The position numbers and the translations under genes were made by a program. A DNA stretch of 64,000 nt, taken from the NCBI GenBank assembly GCA_910579785.1, contig CAJTVJ010000004.1, positions 5,842-69,841 on the forward strand, read 5' to 3'. The notes under the pieces were generated by a model. The model had not been told where the DNA came from. It saw nothing but the letters and a program-made list of their open reading frames with translations, and did no database searches. This stretch comes from an uncultured Christensenella sp. (lineage in GTDB: Bacteria; Bacillota; Clostridia; Christensenellales; UBA3700). Positions 1 to 8,557 of the stretch are shown here, in pieces (position 1 is the first letter of the stretch; each line of letters starts with the position of its first letter).

Positions 1-615
1 CTGATTGGCGCAACAAAGATGCAATCTAAGGAGCTTGTCGCACAGATAAGCGAAAGCAGGTTGCTCACTGACGTTGGCGAAAACAGAGTACAGGAGCTTG
101 TCGATAAATATGACAGCGGAAAAAATCTTAAATGGCATATGATAGGACAACTCCAAACAAACAAGGTCAAGTATATCATAGATAAAGTGGATTTAATTCA
201 TTCCTTGGATAGACAAAGTTTGGCGGATGAGATAGACAGACAGGCAAAGAAGCATGAAAAGGTCATGGACTGTCTTCTTGAAGTCAATATGGGCAGTGAG
301 ATTTCCAAGGGCGGAGTTGCGCCCGAAGAGCTGGAAAATCTTTTGGAGTACGTAGAGGGAAAAGAGAATATTAGGCTTAGAGGTCTTATGACTGTAATGC
401 CCAACTTGGACGATAAGACACGTCTCAAAGAGCTGTATATAACCTTTGAAAAATTATATCAAGAATTTTCTAAAAAGGTATCTAATCGACATATGATTGA
501 CATTTTATCTTGCGGTATGACAAATGATTATCAAATGGCAATAGAATACGGCGGAGCTACCGCAGTAAGGCTGGGAAGAGTGCTTTTCGGCGAAAGAAAT
601 TATCTAGGGGGCTGA
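1..615 (+). CDS. yggS: YggS/YlmE-family pyridoxal-phosphate-binding protein, 5' end cut by window edge
   Basis: The frame is open from nt 1 (LIGATKMQSKE...), so the listed Met at 19 is internal. The C-terminus (GATAVRLGRVLFG) and the position directly upstream of sepF fit the Firmicute ylmE-sepF arrangement. Confidence 0.8.
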   Translation: MIGATKMQSKELVAQISESRLLTDVGENRVQELVDKYDSGKNLKWHMIGQLQTNKVKYIIDKVDLIHSLDRQSLADEIDRQAKKHEKVMDCLLEVNMGSEISKGGVAPEELENLLEYVEGKENIRLRGLMTVMPNLDDKTRLKELYITFEKLYQEFSKKVSNRHMIDILSCGMTNDYQMAIEYGGATAVRLGRVLFGERNYLGG

Positions 616-616
616 T

Positions 617-1315
617 ATGGACAGACGAGATTACAACGACGAAGAAAGAGAACGTTTTAACAACGAGGGCGGAGGATATATCCCACGTAGACGTTTTAAT
701 TTTTCGCGCAGCGATTATCAAAATTTGGATCCGTCGCAGTTGCAGGGAAATGCAAACAGCGGAGATTATTCTGCGCCGTCCTATTCTCAACCCTATTCAC
801 AGGCAAATTATCAACCGAATCCTATGCCTTCTCAATATCCGCCTCAACAACCTTATTCTCAACAGGGCTACGTTGTGCCACAGCAGCCATACGCACCTCA
901 GCAACCGCAATACGTGCAGTATTCCCAACCTATGGGCAATATGGGGCAACCTATGAGCGGTTTTTCGCAGGATAACGGTGGTTTTGACCCCATATCTATG
1001 CCGCCGCAAATGGGAAAGAAGAAAGGTTGGTTTTCAAGGGGCAAAAAACAACCGCAATTTGAAGGCGGAGATATGCAAAATATTCTTATCGTGACGCCTA
1101 AAACGCTGTCGGAAGTGCAGGATATAATAGATAACTTGCGCAATAGGCAGGCGATAATAGTAGAATTCAACAGAATAAATGAGAAATACGCACAGCGTAT
1201 TCTTGACTTTCTCAATGGGGCAATTTATGCGCTTGGCGGTTGCGAACAGAGGATAGGAGACAATATGTTCCTATTTACGCCGGGCGGAGTGTCGATTCAA
1301 GGACAGATCAAATAA
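617..1315 (+). CDS. sepF: Cell division protein SepF with a long Q/P/Y-rich N-terminal extension
   Basis: The C-terminal ~85 aa (ILIVTPKTLSEVQDIIDNLRNRQAIIVEFNRINEKYAQRILDFLNGAIYALGG..MFLFTP) is the conserved SepF core. The gene lies after yggS. Confidence 0.85.
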   Translation: MDRRDYNDEERERFNNEGGGYIPRRRFNFSRSDYQNLDPSQLQGNANSGDYSAPSYSQPYSQANYQPNPMPSQYPPQQPYSQQGYVVPQQPYAPQQPQYVQYSQPMGNMGQPMSGFSQDNGGFDPISMPPQMGKKKGWFSRGKKQPQFEGGDMQNILIVTPKTLSEVQDIIDNLRNRQAIIVEFNRINEKYAQRILDFLNGAIYALGGCEQRIGDNMFLFTPGGVSIQGQIK

Positions 1316-1318
1316 GCT

Positions 1319-2068
1319 ATGATAGAAATAAAAGATAAAAGCGCAGTTATAAAGCGCGTTTTGATAGATTTTTTAATATTTACGTTGCTGCTTGCAAGCG
1401 ATTTGATATCAAAAGATATCGTCATGAACAGGCTTGGGTTAGAAAGTTATTCAAGTTACGTTCTTATAGACGGTATTTTTGCGATATATCCGTGTTTTAA
1501 CGACGGAGCGTCATTTTCGTTTATGTCGGGCAAGACGGGATTTTTGATCGCGCTCACTGTGATAATGCTCGTTGCGCTTTGCGCCATAATAATTTTGAAT
1601 GCAATAAAAAAACCTAAGACGTCTTGGCTTTTTAGGTGGTCAATGGTCCTTTTGATATCGGGAGGGCTCGGCAATCTTGTAGATAGAATTTTTTGTGACG
1701 GCGAAGTGAGAGATTTTATTCAATATCTATTCTTAGACGGGATTTTTGAAAAGCTTTTTAACAGCAGTTTCGGTATCGGTAATGTGGCTGATATATATCT
1801 GGTGTTGGGAGTATTTTTGATTTGCGCATATATCATTTTTGATTATAAAGAGGGCGATTTGGGTATATTCAAATTCAAAAAAGCAGAGGTAGTTAAAGAC
1901 GAAAATATGGCAGATACGTCTTCTTCAAATACCCAAGAGAGTAATGGAATTGATGCCGAAAGTAAGCCGAGCGACAGTCAAGATATAGCGCCTAAAAACG
2001 GTGATAATAAAGAAAAAGAGATCGATATTTCGAGTGATAAAGATAAGATTGACGGCGTAGAGCGATAG
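1319..2068 (+). CDS. lspA: Lipoprotein signal peptidase II with a ~65-aa acidic/Ser-rich C-terminal tail
   Basis: Four TM segments with the motifs GGLGNLVDRI, VRDFI and GNVADIYLVLGV. Followed by rluD, as in many Firmicutes. Confidence 0.88.
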   Translation: MIEIKDKSAVIKRVLIDFLIFTLLLASDLISKDIVMNRLGLESYSSYVLIDGIFAIYPCFNDGASFSFMSGKTGFLIALTVIMLVALCAIIILNAIKKPKTSWLFRWSMVLLISGGLGNLVDRIFCDGEVRDFIQYLFLDGIFEKLFNSSFGIGNVADIYLVLGVFLICAYIIFDYKEGDLGIFKFKKAEVVKDENMADTSSSNTQESNGIDAESKPSDSQDIAPKNGDNKEKEIDISSDKDKIDGVER

Positions 2069-2115
2069 TGTAGTTTTTTTAATAATCGACGTATAACACA
2101 TTTTTTGGAGTATTT

Positions 2116-3072
2116 ATGGACGAGAATATTGATATTATCGAGGATTTTGACGACGTGGCTTGCCGTTTTGACGTCAATGGCGAGTGCGTTGGAATGAGAC
2201 TTGACGTATATCTTGGAATGCAGACAGGCGAAAGCCGCTCTCATATTAAAAATTTGATAGAAAACGGCAACGTCACTCTCAACGGGGCGTCTGTAAAGAA
2301 AGCAGGGCAACTGCTTAAACTCAAAGATAAAATTGCGATCGCAGTACAAGAGGTCAAACAGCTTGACTTAACTCCTCAAAATATTCCCATTGACATAGTG
2401 TATCAGGATGAAGATTTAGCAGTGATAAACAAGGCGCAAGGCATGGTCGTGCATCCTGCGGCAGGCTCTTACGACAATACTTTGGTCAATGCTCTTTTAT
2501 ATCATTTGACTTCATTGAGTTCTATCAACGGAGTTGTGCGACCGGGTATCGTACACAGACTTGATAAAGATACGTCGGGGCTTTTGGTAGTAGCAAAAAA
2601 TGATTTTGCGCATATATCGCTGCAACAGCAGATAGCTACCAAATCAGCAAAGAGATATTATTATGCTTTGGTAGACGGCGCGGTGTTAAAAGACGAAGGC
2701 GTCATACATACCTTTATAGATAGGTCTGCAAAAGACAGAAAGCTCATGGCGGTATCTAGAAGCGGTAGCGGCAGAGAAGCTATTACGTTGTACAAAGTTA
2801 TGCAGAGGTATGTTGGCTACACTCTTATGGAATATGAGCTCAAAACAGGCAGAACGCACCAAATCAGAGTGCACAGTAAGCATATAGGGCATTGCGTAGT
2901 AGGAGATCGTGCGTATGGCGGAAGTAATAGGTTTGAGCTAAAAGGTCAGCTTTTGCATGCGCATAAGTTGGTACTCACGCATCCGCGCAGTGGCGAGGTT
3001 ATGACTTTTGAAGCTGAGTTGCCTAATTACTTTAAAGATGTTTTGTCAAAATTAAAACCAGCAAATATTTAG
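2116..3072 (+). CDS. rluD: RluA/RluD-family 23S rRNA pseudouridine synthase
   Basis: N-terminal S4-like domain, catalytic motif HRLDKDTSGLLVVAKN, and a C-terminal TGRTHQIRVH motif. Confidence 0.9.
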   Translation: MDENIDIIEDFDDVACRFDVNGECVGMRLDVYLGMQTGESRSHIKNLIENGNVTLNGASVKKAGQLLKLKDKIAIAVQEVKQLDLTPQNIPIDIVYQDEDLAVINKAQGMVVHPAAGSYDNTLVNALLYHLTSLSSINGVVRPGIVHRLDKDTSGLLVVAKNDFAHISLQQQIATKSAKRYYYALVDGAVLKDEGVIHTFIDRSAKDRKLMAVSRSGSGREAITLYKVMQRYVGYTLMEYELKTGRTHQIRVHSKHIGHCVVGDRAYGGSNRFELKGQLLHAHKLVLTHPRSGEVMTFEAELPNYFKDVLSKLKPANI

Positions 3073-3146
3073 TTGATTTTATTATATAAAATTCTTATCG
3101 TTTGACGATAAAACGTTGATAATATTCATAATTAGTAAAATGGATG

Positions 3147-3240
3147 AGATTTCTCCGCTCCGTTGCACTTCGGTCAAAATGACCAAAGTTAGTTTGTCTA
3201 TAAGCAATATAAGGTCACCTCGACCGAAGTGGAGAGGTCT
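3147..3240 (+). repeat. Copy A of a dispersed hairpin (MITE/REP-like) element
   Basis: Arms 3147-3184 and 3213-3240 pair as 9 bp (agatttctc/gagaggtct, two G-T), 10 bp (cacttcggtc/gaccgaagtg) and 5 bp (tgacc/ggtca). Both arm types recur, inverted, at 45026-45177. Confidence 0.7.
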
Positions 3241-3258
3241 AATCCTTTTTTGAATTTT

Positions 3259-4986
3259 TTATTTTGATAAATATTCTTTATGTTCGTTGGGTACGACAGT
3301 TGCCGTTGAATACGCCGAGTATATCACCATGCCTAATTTGCCGCAAGGATGACGTTTGATATTGCGCCGTTGAGTATAGTCGCAGGGTATTTTAGAGCCT
3401 CCGTCTTTTTGGCATTGTGAGAAATATGCTGCAATTTCGCATCCGATTTCCAAGACTTTGTCAGGGATTTCCCGTCCTTCGGCAAAGATGATTACGTGGC
3501 TGCCGTGCGCATCCTTTGTGTGTATCCACATATCTCCGCCGTTGGCAACCTTAAAGGTGAGCTTATCGTTTTGAATGTTATTTTTGCCGACTAATATTAC
3601 AAAATCGTCCACTTCGTACGCAACGGGCTGTGACGGTTTGCTCTTAATTTTGTTTCTGCTGTTTTTTCTTAATGCGCCCAGAGCAGTCAGCTCTTCTTCA
3701 AGTTCCGCTATTTCATCCGAGGTGGAGCATATCTCCAATGACGGAGCTATCGAAAGAAGATATTGCAATTCTTCTTCAAGTTTTTGAATTTGTTGGCACA
3801 CTGCGGCAAAGGTGCGTTTGAGCTTTGCGTATTTTTTATAATATGTTTGGGAATTTTGCTGAGGAGTAAGCTTGTCGTCGAGTTTTATCTCTATTTGCGG
3901 ACAGTCGGGAGAATAATAGTCCTGAACTTTTGCAATTTTGTCGCCCTTTTTTATTGCCCAAGCGTTTGATAAAATCAAGTCGCCGTACTTTTTCATATCC
4001 TGAGTGTATTGACATTCGGCAAGCTTAGCTTTATCCTTTTCAAGTTTGTTAAGTATCTTCTTTTTGTGGGAATTGTACGCCTTTATCAGATATTTCGTCT
4101 TATCTTGCCGACGTTCTTTTCTATCCTTTTCAACCGTGCATAATACGACGGCTTCGTTGAGCGTAGCAAGCTCTTTAAGGTTGGGAAATTCCACGTATTT
4201 CGTGACAAAAAAATCGCTTGCGCCGCCGTCGTCTACAAGTGCGCAGGGGATATATTTTGGAGAATTGACTATATTACAATACTCTAGAAGAGTATTGACG
4301 ACATTAGATATTTCGCTTTGTGAAAGCGAAGCTGCATTGTTGTCGATGCCGCTATCGTACAAAATCTGTCTTGCGCTAGTAAGGGCAAGTCCCGACACGT
4401 TGGAAATCAAAAATTTTGCCAATCCGCCGCCTTGATACGTCGCCAGCGCTTGCGATATTTCCTCTTTTTGCGTGGGCAGTAATTTGTTTTGAGGGGGAAG
4501 TTGATACTTCGCGCCTGCCAATAAGCATCGCTTTGTCATAGTGTCGTAAGACACTTGCTTCAATGTGTCGGATATGACGTCGTTTTGCTTTACCAGAAGT
4601 ATGTTGGAATATCTGCCCATCATCTCCGCGATAAGTCTGAGATTAACCTTGTCGCGCATTTCGTTGTGCGCGGTGATATCAAAACAAACTATCCTGTCCT
4701 CGCCGAGAAGAGTCGCTGCATTTATTATACCGCCGCTGAGATGTTTGCGCAGGTGCATGCAAAATGACGGGGCTGTCAACGGATTTGATTTTTTATCGCC
4801 GTCAAGGTGCAGTCTGGGATTGTTGGCGTTGCAAGATATATTGAGCAACCTGTTTTGTCCCATATTGCGTACCACAAGAGATATTTCATCTTTTTCAGGC
4901 ATATTTATCCTGTCGATTTTTCCGCCCTGGACAAAGGCGTTTATTTCTTCAACTAAGGCTTTTAATGTGATATAATCGTTTGGCAT
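3259..4986 (-). CDS. rqcH: RqcH/FbpA (NFACT-family) ribosome quality-control protein
   Basis: The N-terminus MPNDYITLKAL.., then FCMHLRKHLSGG and EMMGRYSNILL, match the NFACT-N domain of B. subtilis RqcH/YloA. I chose the Met at 4986 (AAGGA 8 nt upstream) over the listed upstream Met at 5067. Confidence 0.8.
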   Translation of the reverse strand: MPNDYITLKALVEEINAFVQGGKIDRINMPEKDEISLVVRNMGQNRLLNISCNANNPRLHLDGDKKSNPLTAPSFCMHLRKHLSGGIINAATLLGEDRIVCFDITAHNEMRDKVNLRLIAEMMGRYSNILLVKQNDVISDTLKQVSYDTMTKRCLLAGAKYQLPPQNKLLPTQKEEISQALATYQGGGLAKFLISNVSGLALTSARQILYDSGIDNNAASLSQSEISNVVNTLLEYCNIVNSPKYIPCALVDDGGASDFFVTKYVEFPNLKELATLNEAVVLCTVEKDRKERRQDKTKYLIKAYNSHKKKILNKLEKDKAKLAECQYTQDMKKYGDLILSNAWAIKKGDKIAKVQDYYSPDCPQIEIKLDDKLTPQQNSQTYYKKYAKLKRTFAAVCQQIQKLEEELQYLLSIAPSLEICSTSDEIAELEEELTALGALRKNSRNKIKSKPSQPVAYEVDDFVILVGKNNIQNDKLTFKVANGGDMWIHTKDAHGSHVIIFAEGREIPDKVLEIGCEIAAYFSQCQKDGGSKIPCDYTQRRNIKRHPCGKLGMVIYSAYSTATVVPNEHKEYLSK

Positions 4987-5199
4987 TTTGATTCCTTTGA
5001 GATGATTTATATGTGCAAAAATATATACATTAAGATTTATGATGCGAAATTTTCGCGTTTTCGCCAAGTAATGATATATATATTTATATTTATTATAAAT
5101 TATGGGGCAAATTATTGCAATAATAATTGCATTATTTTATTTTCTGTGATAAAATCTAATATTGAAAAATAAGATAAATATTTTAGGAGATATAAATTT

Positions 5200-6486
5200 A
5201 TGAATTACACAGTTGAAAACTTGGAAAAAAACAAGGCGAAGATTACAGTCAAAGTAGATCCAAAAGACTGGCAAGACGCGCTTCAAAAGGCGTATGAGAA
5301 GACAAAGAACAAATATCAAATCGGCGGTTTTAGAAAAGGACATGTACCTTTTAAAGTAATTGTCAATAATTACGGTATCGGAGTATTCTTTGACGACGCT
5401 TTGGATATTATTTTGCCGGAAGAATATAGAAAAGTTCTTGAACAGGAAAAGGAGCTTGATCCTGTCGACACTCCCGAAGTGGGACTTAACGCTATAAGCG
5501 ATACGACGCTTGAATTTACATTGACGGTACAGTGTAAACCTGATTTTACTCTCGGCAAGTATACCGGACTTGAAGTCAATAGAGATAAGGTCGAAGTAAG
5601 CGACGACGAGGTGATGGCTGAGATAAATGCAAAACTTGACGAGGCAGGAGCATGGCTTCCGGTCGTTGACAGAGCGGCTAAGAAGGGCGATCAAGTCACG
5701 ATAGATTACAGCGGCAGCGTTGACGGCGTAAAATTCGACGGAGGTACGGCGCAGATGCAAAAGCTTTTGCTCGGCAGCGGCAACTTTATTCCCGGATTTG
5801 AAGAGCAGGTCGAGGGTATGAACGTAGACGAAGAGAGAGATATCACCGTGACTTTCCCTGAGGAATATCATGAGAAGTCTCTTGCGGGCAAGCAGGCTGT
5901 ATTCGCTATTAAGTTGCACGAGATTTCAGAAAAAGACGTGCCTGAATTGAATGACGAAAGCGTCAAGGATATCTCTGAGTTTGACACTGTCGAAGAGTAT
6001 AAGGCAAGCGTAAAGAATAACATCGAGGATAAGAAGAATTCTGAGGCTGACTCTAAGCTTGAAAACGATATAATTCAAATGATAGCGGACGACAGCAAGG
6101 TTGAGATACCTCAATGCATGATCGATCATCAAGTTGAGGAAATGTTGGAAGAATTTGAGCAGAGATTGCAATATCAAGGACTAAAAGCCGACGATTATTA
6201 TAAATATACGGGAGCTACGAGAGAGCAAGTCAAAGAGGGTTATAAGGAAATGGCGGCTAAGAACGTCAAGCTTAGATTGACTTTGGAAGCTTTGCTCAAA
6301 GCAGTGCAAGTGCCTGTATCTGACGAGGAAATCGACGAGAAGATCGCAGAGATGGCTCAAAGAGCAGGAAAGACCTTTGACGAGTATAAGGGCTTTATCA
6401 ACGAGCAGTATAGAGAGTATCTGAGAAGAGATCTTGTGACGTCAAAACTTTTTGAGTACCTCAAAAACAACAATACAATCAAATAA
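5200..6486 (+). CDS. tig: Trigger factor
   Basis: 428 aa; GFRKGHVP ribosome-binding signature, central FKBP-type PPIase (GDQVTIDYSGSVDGVKFDGG). Precedes clpP-clpX. Confidence 0.95.
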   Translation: MNYTVENLEKNKAKITVKVDPKDWQDALQKAYEKTKNKYQIGGFRKGHVPFKVIVNNYGIGVFFDDALDIILPEEYRKVLEQEKELDPVDTPEVGLNAISDTTLEFTLTVQCKPDFTLGKYTGLEVNRDKVEVSDDEVMAEINAKLDEAGAWLPVVDRAAKKGDQVTIDYSGSVDGVKFDGGTAQMQKLLLGSGNFIPGFEEQVEGMNVDEERDITVTFPEEYHEKSLAGKQAVFAIKLHEISEKDVPELNDESVKDISEFDTVEEYKASVKNNIEDKKNSEADSKLENDIIQMIADDSKVEIPQCMIDHQVEEMLEEFEQRLQYQGLKADDYYKYTGATREQVKEGYKEMAAKNVKLRLTLEALLKAVQVPVSDEEIDEKIAEMAQRAGKTFDEYKGFINEQYREYLRRDLVTSKLFEYLKNNNTIK

Positions 6487-6566
6487 TTGACAAAAAACCA
6501 AGATATTGACAGTAATATTCTCATGAAAATCAGCTAATAATTAGTGTGGGATTGAATATTGCGCAA

Positions 6567-6592
6567 AAGTCCGACACAAAAACGTCGGACTT
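6567..6592 (+). terminator. Perfect 9-bp hairpin between tig and clpP (weak terminator or attenuator; no U-tract)
   Basis: aagtccgac-N8-gtcggactt. Confidence 0.35.
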
Positions 6593-6622
6593 AATATATA
6601 AATAATCAACGGAGGCGAGAAA

Positions 6623-7213
6623 ATGAAATCTGCATTGGTACCAAATGTAATAGACAGAACGGAAAACGGAGAAAGAGCATACGATATTTATTCGAGGCTT
6701 TTGGAGGACAGGATAATATTTATCACGGGCGAGATAGACGACGCGCTTGCAAATACGGTAGTTGCACAAATGATTTATCTTGAAGCAAAAGATTCTACAA
6801 AGGACATAAGTTTGTATATCAACAGCCCGGGCGGAAGCGTAAGCGCAGGGTTTGCGATATATGACACGATGAATTACATCAAATGCGACGTAAGTACGAT
6901 TTGTATAGGTATGGCGGCGTCAATGGGAGCATTCTTGCTTTCGTCGGGCGCTAAGGGCAAGAGATTTGTCTTGCCTAACAGTGAAATAATGATACATCAG
7001 CCGCTTGGCGGAGCGAGAGGTCAAGCTACCGAAATTCAAATAATAGCAAATCAAATACAAAAGACAAAAGAAAAACTTACAAAAATACTTGCAAAAAATA
7101 GCGGTCAACCGTATGAAAAGGTGCTTGCAGATTGCGACAGAGACAACTATATGTCTGCGGAAGAGGCTCTTGAATACGGCATTGTCGACAAAATTTTCTA
7201 TGAGAGAGGTTAA
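6623..7213 (+). CDS. clpP: ATP-dependent Clp protease proteolytic subunit
   Basis: [19 protein letters not shown] (active-site Ser) and IMIHQPLGG (His). Confidence 0.97.
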   Translation: MKSALVPNVIDRTENGERAYDIYSRLLEDRIIFITGEIDDALANTVVAQMIYLEAKDSTKDISLYINSPGGSVSAGFAIYDTMNYIKCDVSTICIGMAASMGAFLLSSGAKGKRFVLPNSEIMIHQPLGGARGQATEIQIIANQIQKTKEKLTKILAKNSGQPYEKVLADCDRDNYMSAEEALEYGIVDKIFYERG

Positions 7214-7215
7214 GT

Positions 7216-8445
7216 TTGGAAAACAAAATTAAGTGCAGTCTGTGCGGACGGGTATTCTATGATTTTGACGCCGTAGTCGTTGGAGCAAATGCCGAAGAGG
7301 GAGTTTGCTTTGACTGCGTGGCTACTTGCGTGGAAAAAATCAAGGAAAAGAATTTGCAGTTGGCATACGAAGAGGGACTACAATCTCAAAAAGATATCAA
7401 ATTATTAAAACCGCATCAGATAAAAGAAAAGCTTGACGAATATATCATTGGACAGGACAATGCCAAAAAGGTGCTGTCAGTTGCGGTATATAATCATTAT
7501 AAAAGAATCAATTATAAGGGTGACGACGTAGAGCTGGATAAAAGCAATATACTTATGCTCGGACCTACGGGAAGCGGTAAGACGCTGCTTGCAAAAACTC
7601 TTGCAAAGATACTCAACGTGCCTTTTGCCGTTGCGGACGCAACTACTCTCACGGAGGCAGGATACGTGGGCGAGGACGTTGAAAACGTACTTTTGAAGCT
7701 CATTCAGGCAGCTGAATTTGACATTGAGAGGGCAGAGCTGGGCATAATTTATATTGACGAGATAGACAAGCTTGCAAGCAAGAGCGAGAATATGTCTATC
7801 ACGAGAGACGTATCTGGCGAAGGCGTCCAGCAGGCGCTATTGAAGATAATTGAGAGTACTGTCGCAAGCGTACCGCCGCAGGGCGGAAGAAAACATCCTC
7901 AACAGGAATGTATTCAAATTGACACGACCAACATTCTCTTTATTTGCGGCGGAGCATTTGTAGGGCTTGATAAGATCATAGACAAGAGACTTGACGGCTC
8001 GTCGTTGGGATTTGGCGCAAAAGTACGCGACGGCAAAAAGATCAGTTACGGAGAACTCATCAGCGACATAAAGCCTGACGATCTTATCAAATTTGGACTT
8101 ATACCTGAATTTGTCGGAAGAATTCCTATCGTTGTGGGCTTGGACGCGTTGGACGAGAGCGCGTTGGTGAAGATATTGACGCAGCCTAAAAACGCCGTGA
8201 TACGCCAATATAAAAAGTTGTTCGATATGGACGGTGTGGACGTGGAGTTTGAGGACGACGCTTTGATAGAGGTTGCAAGTATGGCTATAAGGCTCAAAAC
8301 GGGCGCGAGAGGATTGCGCTCGGTGCTCGAAAGCATAATGTTGGAACTTATGTACGACATACCGACCGACGATACGGTGAAGAAAGTCATCGTAACAAAG
8401 GGAGTGGTCACGGGCGAAGAGAAGCCGACGGTCATTAGAAAATAA
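7216..8445 (+). CDS. clpX: ATP-dependent Clp protease ATP-binding subunit ClpX (TTG start)
   Basis: N-terminal zinc ribbon CSLCGR..CFDC, Walker [25 protein letters not shown]. Confidence 0.97.
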   Translation: MENKIKCSLCGRVFYDFDAVVVGANAEEGVCFDCVATCVEKIKEKNLQLAYEEGLQSQKDIKLLKPHQIKEKLDEYIIGQDNAKKVLSVAVYNHYKRINYKGDDVELDKSNILMLGPTGSGKTLLAKTLAKILNVPFAVADATTLTEAGYVGEDVENVLLKLIQAAEFDIERAELGIIYIDEIDKLASKSENMSITRDVSGEGVQQALLKIIESTVASVPPQGGRKHPQQECIQIDTTNILFICGGAFVGLDKIIDKRLDGSSLGFGAKVRDGKKISYGELISDIKPDDLIKFGLIPEFVGRIPIVVGLDALDESALVKILTQPKNAVIRQYKKLFDMDGVDVEFEDDALIEVASMAIRLKTGARGLRSVLESIMLELMYDIPTDDTVKKVIVTKGVVTGEEKPTVIRK

Positions 8446-8458
8446 ATACAATACCTTG

Positions 8459-8498
8459 GAATACGAATAATAACATAAATTATTCGTATTCTTTAAAA
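8459..8498 (+). terminator. Intrinsic terminator after clpX
   Basis: Perfect 13-bp stem gaatacgaataat/attattcgtattc with a 7-nt loop, then tttaaaag. Confidence 0.7.
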
Positions 8499-8557
8499 GA
8501 GAGAAAATTTTCGTATGTTGATTTATTTAAAGTCGCAGCGATAAACTAAGGAGAAAT

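Noticed and set aside
750-1215. Alternative-frame ORFs (750-956 +, 797-1009 -, 898-1215 -) inside sepF.
   Set aside because: They lie in the repetitive CAA/CCG-rich low-complexity part of sepF, where all frames stay open. There are no start signals.
3141-3160. GATGAG at the start of both hairpin-element copies, read as a hammerhead ribozyme core.
   Set aside because: Only the CUGAUGA-like fragment is present. I could not place the complementary GAAA core and three-helix junction.
5137-5919. 260-aa - strand ORF overlapping the tig promoter and 5' half.
   Set aside because: It overlaps the highly conserved trigger factor gene, and the product is low-complexity Phe/Leu/Ile-rich. It is an antisense artefact.
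6487-6511. Two TTGACA hexamers 19 nt apart upstream of clpP, read as a CtsR operator.
   Set aside because: The CtsR site is a tandem GGTCAAA heptad with 10-nt phasing. Neither the sequence nor the spacing fits. I also saw no CIRCE element.
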